NCBI GenBank assembly: GCA_050293845.1
Contig: JBNKNM010000063.1
Location: 1 to 26,199, forward strand
Reading direction: 5' to 3'
Length of the DNA: 26,199 nucleotides
Source of the DNA: Pseudobacteriovorax sp.
GTDB taxonomy: Bacteria > Bdellovibrionota_B > Oligoflexia > Oligoflexales > Oligoflexaceae
Below are positions 1-8,823 of this stretch, in pieces. The translations under genes and the position numbers were made by a program. How positions within the stretch are numbered: position 1 is the stretch's first letter; each line of letters opens with the position of its first letter. Below the pieces are notes generated by a model. That model was not told the DNA's origin and did not search any database. It saw nothing but the letters and a program-made list of their open reading frames with translations.

Positions 1-928
1 CAGCAATATAGTTGTTTGAGTATTTATTCAACCCAGATATGATGCGGCTCATTTCGTAACTTTCAATGACGTATAATGGGGCCAATTTCGTAGGAGTTTT
101 TCCTTCTCTAACAGTACCAGCAACTGAGATTCCCGCATTTTGCAGAAATGAACGAATGATCTCGCCTCCAGAGAGGGTAGGGTCGGAAACGGCGCGATAG
201 ACTTTTGTGAGCTCATTATCGATTGGTATGGCCCCTCTTCCGGAAACTGTGGTGGCTTTACCATTAAAGGATCGGGTGATTTTGAGTCTTTTAACACCCC
301 GAGCGATAGTACTGATACGATTTTTAAGGGTAATCCCATTAATGGGAAAGGGATCAATGTTCATCAATGCTGGGGACTTGGCGCTAGGAGCTGGTGCGAT
401 AGCAATAGGAAAGGTATTGAAATTAACACCCATACCGGAAACGGGAGCGTTATAGGCATTAGAAGATATATATTTACTACGTCCTCTTGATACATCAAAT
501 TCTTTACGGTCAAATACTGTAGCATCGATGACAATATCCCCAGTGATGCTACGAATGCCCATATGATGCAGGTCAGCTGCCATCTGCCACAGTTTTTCAT
601 TGATCAGCATCGGATCGCCGTCACCTTTAAAGTAGAGGTTACCATGGATTTTTGCGCCTTCCCTCCTGCCACTATGATAAATAATGGTGTTAAATCGATG
701 GGCGGGGGTAAAGTTTTTTAAGGCTGCTGCGGCGATGATTAATTTGCTGATGGATGCCGGGATGAGTAAATTATCGGGATTGGCGGCAAAAATGATTTTT
801 CCATCACTGAGGCGTTGAAAAAGTATGGACTGCTGGTGACGGACAGAAAGGGGATAAAATGGCGACTTTTTGGCTGCAAATCCTGGGGTTCCGACGATTA
901 AAATCAGCAGTAAAAGAACTAATCTCAT
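1..928 (-). CDS. dacB: D-alanyl-D-alanine carboxypeptidase/endopeptidase (PBP4, peptidase S13), 3' end outside window
   Basis: Not in the ORF track because it is open at the window edge. Manual translation from ATG 928 (GGAG RBS upstream): signal-like MRLVLLLLILIVG, SxxK motif LIPASISKL, GNLYFKGDGDP, and SxN motif NKYSNNYIA. Confidence 0.92.
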   Translation of the reverse strand, partial: MRLVLLLLILIVGTPGFAAKKSPFYPLSVRHQQSILFQRLSDGKIIFAANPDNLLIPASISKLIIAAAALKNFTPAHRFNTIIYHSGRREGAKIHGNLYFKGDGDPMLINEKLWQMAADLHHMGIRSITGDIVIDATVFDRKEFDVSRGRSKYISSNAYNAPVSGMGVNFNTFPIAIAPAPSAKSPALMNIDPFPINGITLKNRISTIARGVKRLKITRSFNGKATTVSGRGAIPIDNELTKVYRAVSDPTLSGGEIIRSFLQNAGISVAGTVREGKTPTKLAPLYVIESYEMSRIISGLNKYSNNYIA

Positions 929-1092
929 GGAAAACTCCAAAAAACTTAATTATAACGGTATAACCGCATTATAGGTGAGCCATTCCATTAGCGCGAACGG
1001 CAATTTGAAGTGCCTACAGGCTCACCGCCAAACGACTGTACTCCAAGAGTCCATCATCCGGCCCTAATGAACCGGTTTCTAGGAGAAATTTG

Positions 1093-1524
1093 ATGAAAAT
1101 CTTAGGCATTAACCATATCGGAATCGCAGCTAAGGACCCTCGTAAAGCAGAATGGTTTTTCAAAGAGGTATTACAGCTTCCTTTTAAAGGTGAGGAATTA
1201 GTCAAAGCACAGAAAACCAATACGATCATGTTTGGGGTTGCCCAAGATCAGGGGCCGGTAGACAGTCGCATTGAGATTTTGGAAAATGAAAACCATCAGG
1301 ATGGTCCCATTAAGAAGTATATCGAGAAAAAGGGCGGGGGCATACATCATATTGCGTTGCAGGTTGATAATGTATCGGCAGCCATCGACCATTTGCGGAG
1401 TTTTGATATCGAAATGATCGACGAAACACCCCGTGGGGGAGCCCATCACACTATGATTGCCTTTGTCCATCCCCGATCGACGGGGGGGATATTGGTAGAG
1501 TTGGTTCAAGAGCAAGATGCATAA
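1093..1524 (+). CDS. mce: methylmalonyl-CoA epimerase (VOC family)
   Basis: INHIGIA, IEILE, GGGIHHIALQVD and IAFVHPRSTGGILVELVQ motifs; AGGAG RBS at 1081. Confidence 0.9.
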   Translation: MKILGINHIGIAAKDPRKAEWFFKEVLQLPFKGEELVKAQKTNTIMFGVAQDQGPVDSRIEILENENHQDGPIKKYIEKKGGGIHHIALQVDNVSAAIDHLRSFDIEMIDETPRGGAHHTMIAFVHPRSTGGILVELVQEQDA

Positions 1525-2027
1525 TGGTCAAAAAAGAACACAGAAAACCGATGAATGCCTGGTCTTATTTGGCGGTATGCTTTCCGTTTGGTTTAGCACC
1601 GGTAGCACCTGGCACTTGGGGGTCTTTACCGGGCGTTGTTTTTGGACTACTTTTGGGTAACCTATATAGACAGTTTTACTGGTCCTGGCTTGCTATTTTG
1701 CTGTTTCTTGCCCTGGCAGCTTTGCTGGCCTATAAAGTCATCGATGAAACAGAAACCCTTTGGCAATCCCATGATGACAAGTCCATCGTGATTGATGAGT
1801 TTGTGGGACAAGCTATTCCCCTGGCATTTGTGGCACCATCCTTTAGCAGCGCTATATTGGGATTTTTGTTGTTTCGTATATTTGACATACTTAAACCGGG
1901 GCCCATTGGTTGGGCCGATAAAAAGCTTCATGGGGCTTGGGGAACTCTGCTAGATGACGTTTTTGCCGGTATAGCTGCCTTGGGAGTACTCAAGCTAGCT
2001 CTGTGGCTTTTTCCCGTTTTGGTTTGA
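1524..2027 (+). CDS. pgpA: phosphatidylglycerophosphatase A
   Basis: APGTWGS, HDDKSIVIDEFVG, FRIFDILKP and LLDDVFAG motifs; start overlaps the mce stop (TAATG). Confidence 0.93.
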   Translation: MVKKEHRKPMNAWSYLAVCFPFGLAPVAPGTWGSLPGVVFGLLLGNLYRQFYWSWLAILLFLALAALLAYKVIDETETLWQSHDDKSIVIDEFVGQAIPLAFVAPSFSSAILGFLLFRIFDILKPGPIGWADKKLHGAWGTLLDDVFAGIAALGVLKLALWLFPVLV

Positions 2028-2055
2028 CTGCTGCGAAGAGTGCCACGTCCAGCAA

Positions 2056-2088
2056 TGTCATCCGTAGGGCGCTTTGCTCAGGATGACA
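2056..2088. repeat. REP-like hairpin between convergent genes, possible bidirectional terminator
   Basis: Inverted repeat TGTCATCC...GGATGACA; the minus strand reads TGTCATCCTGAGCAAAGCG, resembling GTCATCCTGAGC-type REP elements. Confidence 0.5.
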
Positions 2089-2110
2089 GCAGACTGGTCC
2101 CCATAGTTTG

Positions 2111-2764
2111 CTAGCTATTGATGATGGTAAATATAAGCCATTCTGAAAGTATAATCCACCCTTGGGCGAATACGATTAGAATTCGAAATGCCCCCGTAAA
2201 AATTAGGGCTAAAAATATAAAGAAAGAATATTGGGCTAAGGACTCATATTTCACGCGTAAATCGTGTGGCAGTAAGGCGGATACAATTTCACTCCCTGCT
2301 AAGGGAGGTAGGGGAATAAGTTGGAAGAAAGCCCATATCGAGCAAATCAGCATCATCTCTTTAAAAATTCGGTAGATGGCAATCATCGGAGTTCCGTCTT
2401 GGACATTGCCCATAGCATAAATAGCAGCAACTGAAATGCTGCAAAGCAAGAGGTTCGCCAAGGGACCAGCAAGGGCTGTTAAAACAGGCCCCCACTTCGG
2501 GTTTTTCATATTTCTGGTGTCAATGGGCATCGGTTTGGGCCAGCCAAATATAAATCCTCCCATCATGATGCCAATGAGTGGGAATAGAACACTACCTAGG
2601 GGGTCCATATGGGGGATGGGGTTTAGGGTTAGTCTCCCATTAAGTTCAGGAGTGTTGTCACCCTGGTGTTTAGCCATATAGCCCTGGGCGATTTCGTTCG
2701 TAATCAGAGCGATGACAAACGCAATAAGGCGATTCATCACCTCTGAAGCATAGTTAAAGTCCAT
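2111..2764 (-). CDS. site-2 protease (M50) family membrane protein with degenerate catalytic motifs
   Basis: Family scaffold present (GDNTPELNGRLTLNPIPHMDPLG, FGWPKP, ALAGPLANL, LIPLPPL.G), but HExxH reads NEIAQ and NxxPxxPLDG reads QLIPLPPLAG. ATG 2764 has an AGGA RBS. Confidence 0.85.
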   Translation of the reverse strand: MDFNYASEVMNRLIAFVIALITNEIAQGYMAKHQGDNTPELNGRLTLNPIPHMDPLGSVLFPLIGIMMGGFIFGWPKPMPIDTRNMKNPKWGPVLTALAGPLANLLLCSISVAAIYAMGNVQDGTPMIAIYRIFKEMMLICSIWAFFQLIPLPPLAGSEIVSALLPHDLRVKYESLAQYSFFIFLALIFTGAFRILIVFAQGWIILSEWLIFTIINS

Positions 2765-2858
2765 AAAAAGTCCTTCTTGTCCTTTGTAGCCGATCAAGTC
2801 TAATATAGGCTGCCTCTAGTATCTTACAGAGACAGTACCGCGCAACTTGGAGTGCCCC

Positions 2859-3896
2859 GTGATTAAGACGATATCTCGGAATCATAAAGAAAGTCCTCGA
2901 TTAGAGCAAATATGGATCGCCAGCGATATTTTGAAGAGTAATCATGCTGGGGAAGATCATATCAGGCCTCTTACTATTTACTTACCAAAGGCTGTAGTTG
3001 ATCCAAAGCGCAGATTTCCTGTTCTTTACTGCCTGGCTCCTTGGACCAGTGCTGGTCGTAGTCAGTTTGACTGGCAGCCCTTTAGGGAATCGCTATTTGA
3101 TAGATTAACGCGGCTTATAGAGCAAGGGCATATTCCCCCCTGCATCGTTGTGAGTCCAGATTTATATACATCATTAGGGGGAAGCCAGTACATTAACTCA
3201 GAATACTTAGGCCGTCATGGCGATCATCTGGTTGAAGAGCTTTTCCCATTTATCGAACAAAATTACCCCGTTCTTGAGGGTCCGCAACATAGAGCTGCCT
3301 TTGGTCGTTCCTCGGGAGGGTATGGTGCTTTGCGTCTTGCAATGGATTATCCGGGAAGTTTAGGGGGGATTGCCTGCCATTCGGCGGATATGGCATTTGA
3401 CTTGGTTTATAAAAGAGATCTTATCGATCTGTGTAATGGGTTGGCATCCTTCAAGGGCGATATCAGAGCGTTTTTAGAAGCATGCAGCTCTGCCGTGAAG
3501 CTGAGTGGTCAGCAGGTGCACCTTCTGATGCTGCTGGGCATGGCTGCCAGTTATAGCCCTAATCTCCATAGGCCTGAGGGTTTCGATCTGCCAATCGACT
3601 TGAAAACGGGAGTTATCGATGAAGAGGTCTGGCATTTATGGCTGGCCCATGATCCCGTCCATCTCATTGAAAAAAAAGAGAAGCAGGATGCTTTACGTAT
3701 GCTAAATGTGCTTTATGTGGAGTGTGGTAATCGTGATCAGTATAATTTGCTCTATGGAGCGCGGCAACTAACTGACAAACTGACTGCTTTTGGTATTGAT
3801 CATCAATATCTTGAATTCGATGATAATCATTCGGGGACATCTTATCGGTATGATGTAAGTTTACCGCTGTTACTAGGGACCCAGGGAGCTGGCTAG
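2859..3896 (+). CDS. alpha/beta-hydrolase esterase (Fes/putative esterase family)
   Basis: IYLP...FPVLYCL, nucleophile elbow GRSSGG, C-terminal CGNRDQY and DNH; GTG 2859 with GGAG RBS. Confidence 0.8.
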   Translation: MIKTISRNHKESPRLEQIWIASDILKSNHAGEDHIRPLTIYLPKAVVDPKRRFPVLYCLAPWTSAGRSQFDWQPFRESLFDRLTRLIEQGHIPPCIVVSPDLYTSLGGSQYINSEYLGRHGDHLVEELFPFIEQNYPVLEGPQHRAAFGRSSGGYGALRLAMDYPGSLGGIACHSADMAFDLVYKRDLIDLCNGLASFKGDIRAFLEACSSAVKLSGQQVHLLMLLGMAASYSPNLHRPEGFDLPIDLKTGVIDEEVWHLWLAHDPVHLIEKKEKQDALRMLNVLYVECGNRDQYNLLYGARQLTDKLTAFGIDHQYLEFDDNHSGTSYRYDVSLPLLLGTQGAG

Positions 3897-3985
3897 GCTC
3901 GCCATCTGTATACAGCCCCTTAATTTATTGGTATGGTGTCGGACGTCGCGCCAGCAAAGGGAATTTGAACTATAGGAGCCAAGGT

Positions 3986-4918
3986 ATGACATCGCAAATC
4001 CATGACGTTGTAATTGTAGGTACGGGCCCAGCGGGACTGACTGCAGCAATATATGCGGCAAGGGCTAATTTAAATCCAGTGATCTATGCGGGGATACAGC
4101 ATGGTGGACAGCTAACTATTACGACAGAGGTAGAAAATTTTCCGGGGTTTGAAAACGGCATCATGGGCCCTAAATTGATGCAGGATATGACTGCCCAAGC
4201 AGAACGTTTTGGAACCAAGATTGTTTATGACCAGATCACTAAAGTTGATTTTTCTGGATCTGTAAAAAAATTGTGGGCAGGTGATGAGCTCATTGAAAGC
4301 CGTGCGGTTATTATCTCCACAGGTGCTACAGCACGGACACTCAAGCTGGCGGATGAAGATAAGCTTATGGGGCGTGGACTATCTACCTGTGCAACCTGCG
4401 ATGGTTTCTTCTATCGCAACAAAAAAGTGGCTGTTGTTGGCGGTGGAGATTCAGCTATGGAAGAGGCGACCTACTTAGCCAAGCTTTGCTCCGAAGTGAT
4501 TCTCATTCATCGGCGTGATGTATTTCGCGCCTCACCAATCATGCTAAAAAAAGCTCAAAAAGATCCCAAGATTACCTTTAAAGTTCCTTATGGTATAGAA
4601 GCGACGCTATCCGATGACAGCGGTTTGACAGGGGTACGCTTGAAGAATACAGAAACGGGTGATACAGAGGACATCACAGTCGATGGATTGTTTTATGCAA
4701 TTGGCCATGATCCCAATTCCGGCTTATTTAAAGAGTATGTGGATACCGATAAGCATGGATATATCAAAGTAAAAGAATTTACTAAAACCAAAACCCCTGG
4801 TGTTTTCGCCGCTGGTGATATAGCCGATCCTCATTTCAAACAGGCTATAACTGCGGCAGGAATGGGGTGTCAGGCGGCAATTCAGGCGCAGCATTATATC
4901 GAAGCGCTGGAAAGCTAG
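3986..4918 (+). CDS. trxB: thioredoxin-disulfide reductase
   Basis: GTGPAGLTAA, CATCDG, GGGDSAMEEA, HRRD and FAAGD motifs; AGGAG RBS before ATG 3986. Confidence 0.97.
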   Translation: MTSQIHDVVIVGTGPAGLTAAIYAARANLNPVIYAGIQHGGQLTITTEVENFPGFENGIMGPKLMQDMTAQAERFGTKIVYDQITKVDFSGSVKKLWAGDELIESRAVIISTGATARTLKLADEDKLMGRGLSTCATCDGFFYRNKKVAVVGGGDSAMEEATYLAKLCSEVILIHRRDVFRASPIMLKKAQKDPKITFKVPYGIEATLSDDSGLTGVRLKNTETGDTEDITVDGLFYAIGHDPNSGLFKEYVDTDKHGYIKVKEFTKTKTPGVFAAGDIADPHFKQAITAAGMGCQAAIQAQHYIEALES

Positions 4919-4928
4919 AGGATGCAAG

Positions 4929-6050
4929 TTGGGTATATTTGATAAGTTCAAAAGTAACGTCACTGAAGAGCAGGTTAAAGAGGCTCTCAAGGTTGTTGTA
5001 GATCCTGACCTGCATCGGGATATAGTGAGCCTTGGCTTTGTCAAAAGCATTGTCATCAAGGGTAAAAGTGTGTCAGTACAGGTGGAATTGACAACACCGG
5101 CTTGTCCAGTCAAAGATCTCCTGCGCGAGCAATGCGAAAAAGCCATTGCCCAGCTAGAGGGTGTTGAGGAGGTGGCTGTGGAAATGACAGCACAGACTCG
5201 TCGTAATAGCACCATCCCCGATCTTGTTAAGGATGCTCTGGGGCAGGTCAAGCATATTATTGCCGTCGCCAGTGGTAAGGGTGGTGTTGGCAAGTCTACC
5301 AGTTCGGTTAATTTAGCCTACGCTTTGCAACAAGCGGGATCTAAGGTAGGCATCTTGGATGCCGATATTTATGGACCCTCCTTGATGCAGATGACTAAAG
5401 TCGACAAGCCTGATCAAGTGGATGGCCAGCTTATTGTTCCTCCTACTTTTGCCGGAGTGAAGATCATTTCGGTAGCGATGTTTACTCAGGCAGGTCAAGC
5501 GCAGATGCTGCGTGGACCTATGGTAGCTCAGATTATCAGACAATTTCTCACCCAGGTTGCATGGGGAGAACTAGACTATCTGATCATCGATTACCCTCCT
5601 GGTACGGGAGATGTTCAGTTGACCCTATCTCAGATCGCGCCTATTACTGGGGCTGTAGCGGTAACCACTCCGCAAGAGGTGGCTCTTATCGATGTGCGGA
5701 AAGCGATTTCCATGTTTGATACCTTAAAGGTCCCGGTCTTAGGTGTCGTGGAAACCATGAGTTACTTTATTTGCGATAATTGCGATAAAAAACATTTTAT
5801 CTTTAGAGAAGGAGGCGGGCGTCGGGTCGCAGACGAGCATGGCTTGCCGCTACTGGGAGAAATTCCTATCGATCCCTCTGTATCGGCTTTATCTGATGAT
5901 GGTAAGCCTGTAGTGATATCCGCTGCGGATTCCCTTGTGGCTAAGGCTTATAATGAAGTTGCTGGTCAAGTTGCAGCGCAGCAGTCCATTGTCGCCGCAC
6001 AAAGTGAGGGAGCTTTAACTCATTTTAAATTGGAGTGGCAGCGGTCGTGA
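4929..6050 (+). CDS. mrp: Mrp/NBP35/ApbC Fe-S cluster carrier ATPase with N-terminal DUF59 domain
   Basis: DPDLHRDIV...LTTPACP, SGKGGVGKST, DADIYGPS, DYPPGTGD and CDNC; TTG start. Confidence 0.92.
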   Translation: MGIFDKFKSNVTEEQVKEALKVVVDPDLHRDIVSLGFVKSIVIKGKSVSVQVELTTPACPVKDLLREQCEKAIAQLEGVEEVAVEMTAQTRRNSTIPDLVKDALGQVKHIIAVASGKGGVGKSTSSVNLAYALQQAGSKVGILDADIYGPSLMQMTKVDKPDQVDGQLIVPPTFAGVKIISVAMFTQAGQAQMLRGPMVAQIIRQFLTQVAWGELDYLIIDYPPGTGDVQLTLSQIAPITGAVAVTTPQEVALIDVRKAISMFDTLKVPVLGVVETMSYFICDNCDKKHFIFREGGGRRVADEHGLPLLGEIPIDPSVSALSDDGKPVVISAADSLVAKAYNEVAGQVAAQQSIVAAQSEGALTHFKLEWQRS

Positions 6051-6343
6051 AACCATATATCCAAGTCAAAAAAATCTGGCAGGAAAATGATAGAACCCTT
6101 GGTATCATTTGGACTGATGACCACAAAAGTTTAATTGATGTCGTCAAGCTCAGGGAGAAGTGCCCCTGTGCTTTATGTGTGGATGAGTGGACCCACGAAG
6201 TTAAAATCAAGCCTGGAGAAATTGCCGATAGCTGCCGACCCATACGCATTCAATCCGTGGGTCGCTATGCGATGAATGCTCAGTTTGATGATGGCCATTC
6301 CACAGGTATTTATACCTTCACTTATTTGCGAGAGCTTTTCTAG
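6047..6343 (+). CDS. DUF971 (GBBH N-terminal-like) small Cys-containing protein
   Basis: LREKCPCALC and VGRYAM...FDDGHSTGIYTFTYLREL; GTG start overlaps the mrp stop (GTGA). Confidence 0.85.
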   Translation: MKPYIQVKKIWQENDRTLGIIWTDDHKSLIDVVKLREKCPCALCVDEWTHEVKIKPGEIADSCRPIRIQSVGRYAMNAQFDDGHSTGIYTFTYLRELF

Positions 6344-6391
6344 TCTCCCTTGGCAAAGGGAGATAGAGGATCTGATGGGGGCGCTGATCGC

Positions 6392-7354
6392 TCAAGAGTC
6401 GTTGCTGGTTTGCCGATTCTGGAATTCCTCACGTAATGCTAGCAGCTTTTCGTTATAGTGAGGTGGTTTTGTTTGCAACACTCGTTTTTTCAAGTCCTGA
6501 GGGAAGGTGCCAAGCATTTCAACTTCGTATTCTAACCAAACACCAAACGTGTCATATACAAGGTCTCGCATAGCCAGGGTAAAATTAATGATATCCCTAC
6601 TGGATGCCCCTTTGTTGAAAACGAAATTTGCATGTTGGGGATTGAGGCCGATGTGCTTTTGGTTGAGCTTATGGGCTTGGGCTCTATCCAGCAGCATCCC
6701 GCTAGGAACACCTGCCGAATAGTCATTTTTAAATACACAACCACAGGATGGATGCAGAAACTGTCCTTTACTGATGCGGTCGGAAGCACAGTGTTCCATG
6801 AAGGCCGCTATTTTATCCTTATTTCCTGGAGATAGTTTTATTTTTGCTCCGGTAATGATATCGCCGTTGCTCATAAAGATAGTGTCTTTATATCCTGTAA
6901 ACAGATTATTTCCTTTGTTAACATAGGTTTTTAAGGTTCCCGACTTTGTCACCGTATAGACCTCGCTCACCACTTGGCTGACTTCTCCTCCGTAGCAACG
7001 TGCATTCATACGAATCGTTCCCCCCAGCTGGCCCGGCAGGCGATTCATCCAAGCAAGTCCTGACCACGAGAGTTTCAGAGCTTTTTGAGCTAGGTCGGTA
7101 TTATTGACTCCAGCCTCGACGAGCAAGCTGTGTTCAGCAGTTACGCTGATTTTTTTCATCCGTTGCAGCGAGAGTACAGTTCCTTGCCAATGCTCGTCGC
7201 TCACCAGGGAGTTGGTACCGCCGCCAATAATGAAGAAAGGAGCCTTGTTTTTATCAAGGTTTTGGATAATAGCAGCTAGCTCATCCCTGGTTTCTGGCTG
7301 GTATAGGGTGTCACAGCTGCCACCTGTTCTGTAGTAGACTAAATTTTTCAGCAA
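6392..7354 (-). CDS. murB: UDP-N-acetylenolpyruvoylglucosamine reductase
   Basis: GGGTNSLVSD, LPGQLGGTIRMNA, PSCGCVFKN, HANFVFN and LEYEV. Confidence 0.92.
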   Translation of the reverse strand: MLKNLVYYRTGGSCDTLYQPETRDELAAIIQNLDKNKAPFFIIGGGTNSLVSDEHWQGTVLSLQRMKKISVTAEHSLLVEAGVNNTDLAQKALKLSWSGLAWMNRLPGQLGGTIRMNARCYGGEVSQVVSEVYTVTKSGTLKTYVNKGNNLFTGYKDTIFMSNGDIITGAKIKLSPGNKDKIAAFMEHCASDRISKGQFLHPSCGCVFKNDYSAGVPSGMLLDRAQAHKLNQKHIGLNPQHANFVFNKGASSRDIINFTLAMRDLVYDTFGVWLEYEVEMLGTFPQDLKKRVLQTKPPHYNEKLLALREEFQNRQTSNDS

Positions 7355-7365
7355 TATCGTCTCCT

Positions 7366-7917
7366 CTAGGACTCAGGGAAGCTTGTAAACAATGCTGATT
7401 GGAAGGCTTGATAGTGCTCTTTGCTATAAAGAACCATAGTGATGCGACGAATCAGGAGCGACTCATTATCGCTAATAAAATCTTTGATGGCTTCCAGAGT
7501 GACTGCAGCAGCTTCGTGAAGCGGGAAGCGATAGACACCGGTGCTGATGGCAGGGGCGGCTAAATGGGTTAACTTAAGGTCGTTTGCGATCCTTAAGGCC
7601 TCTTGGAAGGCCGCGCGTAACAGTTCACTTTCCTTATGGCTACCACCTTGCCAAATAGGACCAACAGCGTGGATGACTGCCTTAGCCGGTAAACGACCTG
7701 CTGTGGTGGCTACGGCGTGCCCAGTCGGGCATGAACCAATATGCCGACACTCCTCCATAATAGTGGGGCCACCAGCTCTGTGGATGGCGCCATCGACACC
7801 ACCTCCACCGGCAAGCTCCTTGTTCGCAGCATTGACCATAGCATCACAAGCAAAGCTTGTAATGTCCCCCTGAAACAGGTCGATCGCTATATCTTTATAT
7901 CTACGAACACCTAACAT
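7366..7917 (-). CDS. macro domain protein (O-acetyl-ADP-ribose deacetylase / ADP-ribosyl hydrolase, YmdB-like)
   Basis: GDIT, VNAAN, GGGGVDGAIHRAGG, VIHAVGP and PAISTGVYRFP. Confidence 0.92.
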   Translation of the reverse strand: MLGVRRYKDIAIDLFQGDITSFACDAMVNAANKELAGGGGVDGAIHRAGGPTIMEECRHIGSCPTGHAVATTAGRLPAKAVIHAVGPIWQGGSHKESELLRAAFQEALRIANDLKLTHLAAPAISTGVYRFPLHEAAAVTLEAIKDFISDNESLLIRRITMVLYSKEHYQAFQSALFTSFPES

Positions 7918-7921
7918 GGTT

Positions 7922-8797
7922 TTATTTTCCCATGGCTCTTAACAGGCAAGCGCCGATTTCCGCTGTTGTATCAGCAACGACACAGCCAGCTTCTTTTAGA
8001 GCGGCAATTTTTTCTTCAGCCGTTCCTTGACCACCTGAGACAATCGCTCCTGCGTGTCCCATTCTTTTCCCTTTGGGAGCGGTTTGACCAGCAATAAAGG
8101 CTGCTACTGGCTTTGTCACGTTTTCTTTAATGAACTGGGCGGCTTTGATTTCGGCATCACCACCGATTTCCCCAATTAAGACTATCCCTTCTGTTTGGGG
8201 GTCGGCTTGAAATTGCTCAAGGATGTCGATGAAATTAGTACCGATGATGGGATCGCCACCAATACCCACACATGTGCTTTGTCCTACACCGGCTTTTGTG
8301 GTTTGGCCAACCGCCTCATAGGTGAGGGTCCCCGACTTGGAAACGATACCAGCTTTTCCTGGTTTATGGATGTGGCCCGGCATGATTCCGATTTTGCATT
8401 CACCTGGGGTGATAACACCAGGGCAGTTAGGCCCGACAAGGCGGGACTTAGAACGCTCTAAGGCCTTTTTTACAGGAACCATATCAAGGACGGGAATACC
8501 TTCTGTGATACAGATGATGAGTTCAATTTCAGCATCGATAGCCTCAAGGATAGCATCGGCAGCAAAGGGGGGGGGGACAAAAATCATACTCGCATTGGCA
8601 CCGGTTTTTTCCTTAGCTGCGGTGACAGTATTGAAAATAGGCAAGTCGCAGGTCGCTTTTTGTCCTGCTTTTCCTGGAGTCACTCCTCCCACAAAGCAGG
8701 GTGCATACTCGTGGGAAAGTCTTGTGTGAAACTCACCTGATTTTCCAGTGATGCCTTGGGTTATCACTTTTGTGTCTTTATTTACAAGAATAGCCAC
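7922..8797 (-). CDS. sucD: succinate--CoA ligase subunit alpha
   Basis: [26 protein letters not shown] and RMGHAGA (phospho-His). Confidence 0.97.
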   Translation of the reverse strand: MAILVNKDTKVITQGITGKSGEFHTRLSHEYAPCFVGGVTPGKAGQKATCDLPIFNTVTAAKEKTGANASMIFVPPPFAADAILEAIDAEIELIICITEGIPVLDMVPVKKALERSKSRLVGPNCPGVITPGECKIGIMPGHIHKPGKAGIVSKSGTLTYEAVGQTTKAGVGQSTCVGIGGDPIIGTNFIDILEQFQADPQTEGIVLIGEIGGDAEIKAAQFIKENVTKPVAAFIAGQTAPKGKRMGHAGAIVSGGQGTAEEKIAALKEAGCVVADTTAEIGACLLRAMGK

Positions 8798-8823
8798 TAT
8801 TTAACACTCCTAGGTAGGTCTAT

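Noticed and set aside
49..600. Short ORFs of 78-102 aa in the ORF track
   Set aside because: They are alternative frames overlapping the dacB reading frame (928 to <1), which has clear PBP4 motifs.
995..1035. Minus-strand CGGTGAGCC...GGCACTTCAAATTGCC resembling tRNA-Sec D and anticodon arms
   Set aside because: The anticodon stem does not close a 7-nt loop, and there is no acceptor stem, T arm or long variable arm.
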